From NCBI RefSeq assembly GCF_009914755.1, contig NC_060930.1: 64,000 nt of DNA; one strand, written 5' to 3'. The position numbers and the translations under genes were made by a program. The stretch comes from the human T2T-CHM13v2.0 reference genome, Homo sapiens. Positions 53,712 through 64,000 of the stretch are shown in pieces. Under the pieces are notes generated by a model that made no database searches, was not told the DNA's origin, and was given only the letters and a program-made list of their open reading frames with translations. Numbering within the stretch: position 1 is the stretch's first letter; each line of letters begins with the position of its first letter.

Positions 53712-56203
53712 GTAAGTATTTCTGTTTTTATTTGCCCTTGAACATACAGAGATCACTATGATTAAAAATGTAAAAAGATGTAATTTCAATATATTTAAAC
53801 ATAAATCCATCAGCATGCATTTTTCTGAGTAATGTCCTGATATAGTTCATTCCTATAATTAGTTTTTGTTGGCCACACTCATTAAGCATATTATATTTGG
53901 GCATATGAGGTAATCTCATTTACACGTAGTCAAATACAAAGTAAGATCTCTATGTAGTAAAGCTTATGCTCTGACCCAATGCAACAATATATACACTTCA
54001 GTGAAATCAGCTCTAGTAAACTGTGTGTTCCTCAAGAGCCCCAGTTAAGCATCATTCATGTCTGTGTTTCTTTTGCATAGCCCTGGGCTTAGGATGTAAT
54101 AAGCATCAACGAGGGTTTGCAGATTTGATACTTTAGCGAGCCCTTCCTTTTAGATCTCTTCTAGGCACAGATATTTGAAGGATTCAAAAGCATCATCTCT
54201 CCACTGGATTAGGCTTTCAAAACATTTTGATTGGAATCCTGGAGATGGGGTACTGAGCAATAATACCCTTCCCTGTTTCGCTCCCTACCCTTATTTCAGT
54301 ATATGTATTTCTTTCCTCTGAACTGCATGCTTCTTTCAGTACAGAAATTATACGTTAATTTATAAATTTACTTGTTCATTGGCTCATTTATTTATCCATT
54401 AAATACTTATTAATTGTCCTCTATATGTTAGGAAACGTAGCTGTGAAAATAAGTGAGATAAAATCCCATGAGAACACTTGGGGAAGGGTTGAACTTGGCA
54501 TGCATGATGGCTTCTTCATATCCATTCCTGTCACAATACCCAGCAAAGGATATGGTGTTAGAAATGTTTATTTAACTAACTGATTCAGTAGAGTTGTACC
54601 AAATGTAACTACTCGGTAGGCTTACTATGTACAGATGCTAAATCAAATCACAAAATATATTATTTTTTTCACCCTCCTCAGTTAACAACTAAATGATGAC
54701 TACCATTTATTCAAACCTATCATGCAGGAACCTTGCATGTATTACTTTTTAGAAAACATTACAACAGCCTTATAAAAGTCCTCATTTTATATAGGAGGGC
54801 ACTAAGACTAGAAGCAGCTCGAAAAGTTTTACCCATTAAGCAGCATAGCTAGTATCTCAACTCTGGTCTGAGAACGAAGCCCATGGTTTTATTCTTTGCC
54901 GCCTATTGGCTCCAAAACTCTCTTGAAATATTTGCCTCTTCATTCCCTAAATTCCAAAAGGCAGAACCCTAATTTCAGCACCTCCCTTTTCTCTTGCTGC
55001 CCTTAATGAACCTTAACTTTTGCCAATAGAAGCTCAACACCTCAAGCTCAATAGAAATTTGTGTGTCTGGTCATGTCAATAACCATTGATCTTCTGCAGT
55101 AAAAGACTCCATGTTCATCTCTCTTTTGAATAGATGGGTCATTCAGCCACTATTTTATACATTCTCTGTTATCCCTTCACCTGTCTGGGCTCCATGGGAA
55201 AAGAACAAGTGCTTTCAGCAATGCTAGGGCAGGCCTCCCTTGGTTTACAGTTTCCCGGCCTGAGGCAGGTGATCAGCCAGTGAACAGAAAGTCACCAGGG
55301 GCATCTCCTGCTCAGATGGGAATCCCATTCTTGTGCACAATAGGCTCTTTGAACTCCAAATGTTCATGATTCTTCTCACTCTTTAAAGGTCCAAATGTGT
55401 AAACATCATCAAGAGAGCTTTGTTCTCATTGTTCTTTTACACACAGAATACCTATATTTTGCTCTTGTTTATGAAACCTATTTCTGTTGCATGTTCTTAC
55501 AGCCACAATGAGGACCTTTTCATTTTGAAGTATTATCTCAGGGCTGTAGTGGAAGCAGATTCAGCTGAAAACCAGGCTTATTGTAAAGAGTATAAACATG
55601 AGCTCCCAAAGTGTGGTTGCTAGGGTATCATCACAATAAAAAACATCCACATAGGGCTTATTGCCAGAAGATAATCAAGGACCAAGCTGATGGGAAAAAA
55701 AAAATAGTTGCCAGCGGTTCCATTGAGAGGTGGTGTCTGAGGTCAATGTCAGTGAGCATCTTCATCATTGCTTTTTTGAAAGGTTAAAGTTTCCCAGTCT
55801 GTATGCGGGAATGAACAAAAAAATGTATACCCTGAAACAATAACATGCAGAGACAAGATAGCGTCAGAAAGATAAAGCCTCTTCAGCTGCGTTTCCTGAC
55901 AGTCCTGCCCAGCAGGACACTTCCACCTCGAACCTAGAGCTGGGTTTCTAAAGGATAATTATACCAAGTGATGTCATGATGGATGGCTTCTTTCCAACAG
56001 CTTCATGGCTTATCTTTTGGGACAGGGAGTTAAGAGAGATAGCAGGCCGTGAACCGTTGTCACCGTATGACTGGGGCAGAGGGAGACAACAGGTTAAATG
56101 TTGGCGTTCTAATTCATCTGGGAGTGCAGGGCCTGGGTCCCTGCTTTGGAGTCCTCTGAAATCAATCCTTCATTAATGCCACTTCTTTAACAATACAAAC
56201 ATC

Positions 56204-56515
<312 letters not shown>

Positions 56516-56579
56516 ATACAAATATCAATATATGATCAACTTCACTTATGCATGCAATTTTTAATCCAATTCTTTTGTA

Positions 56580-56780
56580 GCACTTGCTAAATACTAGAGA
56601 ACGTTCAAAGCGTATTACATATATTTACTAATCTAATCACTCCTATGATGTAGGTAGTATCATTATTCCTATTTTATAAACTAGGAAACTGAGCACAGGG
56701 GGGTGTGGTGACCAGTGCAGGTCACATGGCTGATGAGTGGTAAAGCCAGGACTCCACCTGGACCCTGGAGTCTGTCCTTG
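56580..56780 (-). mobile_element. MIR SINE
   Basis: cctatgatgtaggtagtatcattattcctattttataaactaggaaactgagc...ggtcacatggctgatgagtgg. Confidence 0.75.
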
Positions 56781-56920
56781 GCCTTTTCTTTTAACTCACA
56801 CTGTTGCCTTTTCTGACCATTTTTTAAAAATTATTATTCTTTTAAATACTTTTTTAGGCAAAGCTTTTAAAAATAAATCATTTATTAACAAAAATTCAGA
56901 ATCATAAGTTTTCATTATAG

Positions 56921-57290
<370 letters not shown>

Positions 57291-57640
57291 AGCTTATTCT
57301 TTAACAATAGCAAAAGAGTTGGCCTCCTGATATTCTTAGCTCATGCTTCTCAAACTGGAGTGTACGTATCAACGTGTGTGTTTGCAGCCAGCTCATGGGA
57401 AATACGAGGTACATCTCTCAAGAGTATCCACATTTATGTGAAGATTTCAAGGAAATTACGTGAAATCAAATCTGAATATTTATTACAAGGCAGAAGGAAA
57501 AATGAATAAGATGAAAGAGGAGAAATCCAAGAAATGTTGGGTTTACAGCAGTAAGTTGGAAGACTAGCCTGAGACTGAGGGACTCTGGGTTTGTGTTCAT
57601 GACCCCCTGCCATTTTAAACCACTTTGGTTGAAAAGTCTA

Positions 57641-57970
57641 GCGGGATGTGGTGGCTCAGGCCAGGTGCAGTGGCTCAAGCCTGTAATCCCAGCACTTTGG
57701 GATACTGAGGTGGGCAGATCACCTGAGGTCAGGAGTTCAAGGCCAGCCTGGCCAACATGGTGAAACCCTGTCTCTACTAAAAATACAAAAATTAGCTGGA
57801 CATGGTGGTACATGCCTATAATCCCAGCTACTCAGGAGGCTGAGACAGGAGAATTGCTTAAGCCTGGAAGGTAGAGGTTGTAGTGAGGAGAGCATGCCAC
57901 TGCACTCCAGCCTGGGTGACAGAGTGAGACTCTGTCTCAAAAAAAAAAAACAAAAGAAAGAAAGAAAAAA
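57641..57970 (+). mobile_element. AluSx with duplicated 18-nt head
   Basis: gcgggatgtggtggctca directly precedes ggccaggtgcagtggctca; TSD-like aaaagtctag / agagtctaag. Confidence 0.93.
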
Positions 57971-58199
57971 AGAGTCTAAGAAGCAATTAAAAAAAATTCA
58001 AGTGCCATTTGTATAAAGTTTCACAAGACTTTTTATGTTGTTTTCCTCAGAAATATTTATAATTTTTAGCACTTTTGTAATTTGAGGGAACGACTAGAAT
58101 TAAATGGTGAAAATAGAAAAGGAGCTTCTGATGTGAGTGCCATAAGCAATGTATTTTACAAAGTGTGTGAAGAGAAATGAAAAACAAACTTCTTTATTT

Positions 58200-58367
58200 G
58201 AGAGAAAGAAAGGAAGGAAAGAAAGAAAGAGAAAGGAAGGAAGGAAGGAAGGAAAGAAAGAAAGAAAAGAAAAGGAGGGAGGGAGGAAGGAAGGGAGGGA
58301 GGGACGGGGAGGGAGAGAGAGAGAGAGGGAAGGGAGGGAGGAAGGAAGGAAGGAAGGAACGAAGGAA
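58200..58367. repeat. Purine-rich (GAAA/GGAA/GGGA)n low-complexity tract
   Basis: About 165 nt almost entirely G/A. Confidence 0.95.
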
Positions 58368-60532
58368 ACAGAAAATAATTTACTCTTCCCATATTTAGCT
58401 TAGTCATCTCTTAGGGACCACCGTGTTCTCTGAACCATCTCTGTGGGCACAACATTATCTCAGGCACTGTGGGCAGCTTCCAGGGAAAAGAGGAGACATG
58501 CTTTTAACCCATTAGCAGCTTCCAAGAAAATGATGCAGATGAAATGAACATAATCTATAATGCCTGGAAACACAAACAAACACATATGTATATAGCAGCT
58601 GAGGATTGCTTTGTTTTGGTAATATGATTACATATGTGTAAGAAAGAAATTATAGGGTCTAGGTCTATTCATTTGGTGCTTCAGTCCCCCATAGATGTAA
58701 CACACACCAATTCAAATAGGTAGGCTTATGCATGCCCCCTGTATATAAAGCGTCTGTCTATCTTCACGTAATAAAGCAAATATAGACAAAGGCATTCTCT
58801 AAACCAAAGGAGTTTGGGCTGTTTGGAGATCCTGTTATTAGGTCACAGGAATAATTCAGGTTAAATTTTCACAGTCCCTCTATAAGTGAACCATTGAATA
58901 CATAAAGCATTGAACACACAAGGGCTGTTGGCTTTGATGGTTGGCAAAGTCCACACACCCAGCTCTACCTTTCTTTGCACCACCCTACCCTGCTACATTT
59001 TCAAATCCACAGGCAATGTTGAGTGAAAGCTTACTCAACACTGCAGGCACCCCAGGAGTTATCCTGGTGAAATACATAAATGTTCTGTCCTTTCAGATAC
59101 AGCAAGACTCTTTCAGATTTTAGTGGCTAAAATATAAAGTTTGTAGCCAGTCTTGGGGAAACCTCCACTTCAAACATGAGACAAAATTCAATTCAAGAAT
59201 CTAGCTTTGCCAAGTTTCTCACTCTATCTGTTTGACATCTTGGTCTCGTCCTTCATCAGGCTTTACTTAAAAAGTAAAACTGAATAAAAATTGATTTCAC
59301 AATCAACAAAACTTAGCCACTCTCCTGATGTGTTACTTAGCTTAAAAACAATTCTAATTCAGTTCTATAATATAATTATATAACTTAATTAGGTAATTCT
59401 ACTTTTCAGGCAAAAGTATAACCTAATAAAATCTTCTCAAATTTTATACTCAACAAATCCATGAAGCACAAAAAGGGCCAAACATTTTCTATTACAAAAA
59501 AAAGAATAGTTTTTTAAGAATCCATTGAAGACTCCACAATTATACTTTTACATAAATTGACTAAAAATTTTTCCCCAAATCAGAAAGTCGAAATCCAAGA
59601 AACTATCAACAAATATACTTTAAAAGGAACAAATAAGTTACTATGCAAAAGAAGCAGAGACTATGTTCAAGAGAAGCATAATTATTCAAATATTTATTTT
59701 TTCAGATTTTGTTGGTCTGAATAGCTACTGAGTTTTATACTAATGTCTTTAAATCTGTTACTATGCATAACATTCTACTTGTGGCATGTTTTAAGACACT
59801 CTTTGGTCATGTTTTTGCACATTTATAAAATAACAAATTCAGTGTTATTACTCAACAAACTCATAACATAACTGATCTTGTAAAAACGTCATCACTGATG
59901 GGAAAGATCCATGCCTACGTTATGACTAAGGGAAGCAGCCCAGTAGCCTCCGGGAGCAAGCAGCTATATGCATCATCGGGTGCATTTGCAAGGTTGGAAT
60001 TCAGAGCTTTTGCAACAGGCTTCATCCAGGAGGCAGGAAAATAGCATGGGTGTGACTTGGGAAAAGAGCTCCAAGTTAACTGTGGGAAGCCATGGGAAGC
60101 CGTGGGAAGGCCACTTGGTTCCCATCTTCTCCCTCTTTCCTGCACTATGTCTAAACAAACCTTTTGACAACCGGTAAACTGGGAATTTTGACTGTAGGAT
60201 CCACAGTTCTAAGATATTTAAAATCTTCCCCTTTTGCAAGGGAAATTATTCAGCTCTGAAAAATTTAGTAGGCTGTTTGGGGGCTGGGTTCCTAGGGAAC
60301 TTAACTGTTTTAAATAATGCTCTTTGACCTCTAAGGAACAGAGACCCACTTTACTTCAGGGCAGGGCTTGGGTGTTACCTGAAAATATCCACACAGACCA
60401 GAATGGATCAGAAGGTCATAAGGCCCTAGATGTTCCCCAGTTTTAGGCCCTGGTCTCTCTCCTTTGATCTCTTTCATGTCCCCTGTCTCATGACCTCTCT
60501 GACTCAGTATCTCTCGGTGACATCACTTTCTT

Positions 60533-60731
60533 CTTCTTTTTTTTTTTTAACCTTTTATTTTAGGTGCAGGTTTGTTACGTAGACAAACTGTGTGTCTCGG
60601 GGGTTTGGTGTACAGATTATTTCGTCACCCAGGTAATAAGCTTAGTACCCGGCAGGTAGTTTTTGATCCTCGCCTTCCTCCCACCCTCCACCCTCAAGTA
60701 GGCCCCGGTGTTTGTTGTTCCCTTCTTTGTG
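60533..60731 (-). mobile_element. L1PA13-like 3' end fragment
   Basis: gtgcaggtttgttac...tttggtgtacagattatttcgtcacccaggta...cccaccctccaccctcaagtaggcccc. Confidence 0.88.
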
Positions 60732-61225
60732 AAAGACATTCTTTTCTGACCAGCTTTTTCTCTCTTTTCTATGCCACGTCATAACTTCATCTTGCACGTG
60801 GCTTTGGCTTACGTGAGCCTGTGGCAATTTGACAGCTCCAATAAAATTACTTCCTGGCAATTCATTCCTTGTTGTTGAGTCCAAATTGCCAAAGGAAAGA
60901 CTCTGGTTGGCCCAGCTCATCTTTGTATGCCAGCTCCTGAGTATGTGATGGCAAACCTATGTGCTGGCTGTCTTGAGGTCAGGCTTCTGAAATCTCTGTG
61001 CGTGTGTGGGGTGCAGCTCATGAGTTTACAGAGCAAAGACTACAGATGGAGCACACTCCCCAGAAAGGCCTGTGGCCGGGCCGAAAGTGGCCAGTATCTC
61101 TAGGAAACTTTATTTTTAATATGCTCTTGGCTCTTTATTAAAATATTCAGCTTTTCATTCAACACATTTTTATCAAGCAATCTCAATGAGTCAGATACAG
61201 GGGAGACATCAAAATTTGAGGGGCA

Positions 61226-61549
<324 letters not shown>

Positions 61550-62104
61550 AAATTGAGGGGCAAATGTGGCTTCTTAGAACAATTTCCCCGGTGACTCCCT
61601 GAGATGCAAGTCTTATCCCCCAACAGACTTGTGAAGGGTCAGGCATTTAACCCTCATCATTTGCAGGATGTTTTTGCTTGACAACGCTATGAAATTTATT
61701 TATTCTGTCAGAATGGAGGAAAGATGTTTTTAAATACATAATCTCCACCTCTACGTAAAAATCTGGCTTGTATCTTCACAGCACAAAATTCAACATTGGA
61801 CACCCCCTCAATAGTTTTGGAGGATCTATATCACTTCAATTTCTGAAATGATTTAAATATGAACATATATTTATATATAAATAGAATCACACTAAGATAT
61901 ACATAAAAGCAAATACAGGTGCCAAGGCAGGAAAGGCGGAGGCAGATGGTGTATGGAGAGGAGAAAAGGGGATCCATGTGAAGAGTGATGCTTTCTTATT
62001 TAATAAATTCTGAGAGTCCCAGGTTAAAGTCTTGCCATGTTTGTTTGCTTGTTGCTTATTTATTTGGTTGCCATGTTTGTTTTGACTCTTTTTACTCTTG
62101 GCAG

Positions 62105-62225
62105 ATACTCAAGCAGTGAAAGATCTGCTTAAGCAGCCCAAAAGCTGCATAAATGCTTTAAATACACCTGATAAATGCTAGCTACACCTGGATTTTTTAC
62201 TGAAGCAGTGAAAAAGATCTTTCGC
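62105..62225 (+). pseudogene. Fossil exon running into an L1MC fragment
   Basis: Strong acceptor ctctttttactcttggcAG; DTQAVKDLLKQPKSCINALNTPDKC*LHLDFLLKQ*. Confidence 0.45.
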
Positions 62226-62226
62226 T

Positions 62227-62762
62227 GCCTCAACCAGGTGACCAAGGTCAACATCCACAGCGTAAGTCATGTTCATGGTGTGCAGCCTTGATAAATGGGG
62301 TAGCAACAACCCTTCACTTTGTGGTCTACCCTCCAAAGACCCAAAACCCCAGTCTAAACATGAGAAATACATCAGATAAATCCCTGCCGAGGATCATTCT
62401 AAAACACACCTGACCAATGCTCCTCAAAACAGCCAAGGTTATCAAAAGCAAGAAAAGTCTGAGAAACTCACAGCCATGAGGGCCCAAGGAGACACAACGA
62501 CTAAATGTTAAGTATGGAATCTTCGATGCGATTCTGGAGCAGAGAAAGGACATTGGTAAACTTTAAAGATATATGAATACAATATGGGCTTTAGTTAATA
62601 ATAATTTAACAATATTGGTTCATTAATTTTAACAAAAATACCCCATTAAGATCAGATGTTAATACTAGGGAGCTTGGGTATGAGGTATATAGGAACTGTC
62701 CATACTATTGTTCTAATTTTTCTGTAAATCAAAAACTATACAAAAAAGAAATTTATTTAAAT
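62227..62762 (+). mobile_element. L1MC3/4-like 3'UTR fragment
   Basis: caaccaggtgaccaaggtcaacatc...ccccagtctaaacatgagaaa...gaaaagtctgagaaact...tttctgtaaatc. Confidence 0.85.
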
Positions 62763-64000
62763 AATTAATACACTAGTACTACTTAGAAAAAGGAAAGAAA
62801 GGTTTTTATGTAAATTTTAATAGGGTAGTGCTGATGTTATGCTTGAACTTCAGAGATTCTCTTGTAAATTCTCTAGAGTTATGCTACCTTATACATTCTT
62901 ATTGCTCACAGATTCTGGATATTTAAAAAAGAGAGAGAAATGGGGAGTGGATATTCCTTAGGGAATAAGAGGCCTTAAAATTGAATTTAGTGGCAAGATC
63001 AAATCTTTAAGACTAGGCTTCACTTTTTAAAATAGTGCAATAATTTTTATTATGCAATAACAAATGTTGTAAATATATGAAAAGGGAAAAAAAACCCAGT
63101 GCCCCTATATAGCATATCATCTATTTTCTTTTTTTATTCCATATTTCTTCCCACTCACTGCAATTATAATACTGATGAAATTGAGCATTCAGATTTTTAC
63201 ACTAAAATTTTATTGTAACATTTTTCTAGGTTATTTCGTATCTTAAAATTTTCACTTTAAAGTTCTGGATAATAGTCCACTGAGTGGTTATACCATAATT
63301 TAGCTGAACAATTCCCTACTGCTATTTTAAATAACCATTTCTACCACAGAAGAATCAAACTCTCCCCTACCCTTCCTGTGTCCCCAACTGAGAGCTGAGA
63401 TGTGACTATGGTACATTTATTCCTTGGAAAAACATGCAGTGTCTGAACTCTTGACCTGTACTGTACCTCCTGCCAGGGTCCCGGGAGGAGGTGTGCAGCT
63501 TTGAGGCTGCTCAGCAGTTTTTGGGCTGAAGAGTTTCTGCTCTGCCATTCTGGAGCTAGACCAGGCTTTGCCTTTCCCTTCCTAGGTTGTACAATGCTTC
63601 CCTCTAAAATCAAAGTTATCTGGCCTTAGGCATTTAAAATACATCCCCCTGCTCAAAAAAGAGAAGATGAAGTTTGCTGTTCTTAATTTTAGGCACTGCA
63701 TGTCTTAAAAGTGAAATCTTTTCATAGACAAGCACTCAACAAAGGGAATAATAACAGGTGAGGGAGGCAGAGCTGATCATCAATCATAAAGCTGCAGTGT
63801 CTGGAAAAGTGGAGGTCATGCATTATTTGTAAGATGTCATCACATTACGATCATCTCTGAAGCCTGTCAACTCCAGAGAAATAAATGCTAGCTGCACCTG
63901 GCCTTTACTCCTTGTGTGTACGTGTGTTTAAATCACAAGTGACTAAATGAGATTTGTTTTTCTTCTTAACGTCACTGCAGAAGTACAAGTTCAAGTTTGG

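Noticed and set aside
55860-55930. GATA / E-box / ETS motif cluster
   Set aside because: The E-box and GATA are not in the canonical composite orientation; short motifs are expected by chance

Overview
AT-rich primate (human-like) genomic DNA. I see no intact protein-coding gene, CpG island or prokaryotic feature. Much of the window is interspersed repeats: about 14 Alus, many L1 fragments (several with clean target-site duplications, TSDs), L2/MIR/CR1 fossils, a deleted ERVL provirus, MaLR LTRs and DNA transposons (Tigger2a, MER45B, MER3, MER53, MER5). The main unexplained structure lies between the repeats: a chain of about 30 plus-strand segments bounded by AG/GT splice signals, from about 2.3 kb to about 62.2 kb. 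Translated by hand, allowing for a few stops and frameshifts, they repeatedly give helical motifs like the atypical RGS domains of the RGS22/RGSL1 family. I read this as a decayed multi-exon unitary pseudogene of a lost multi-RGS-domain gene, overlapped at the left end by antisense non-coding exons. The family assignment is manual pattern recognition against remembered sequences and needs a homology search. I could not name the locus.
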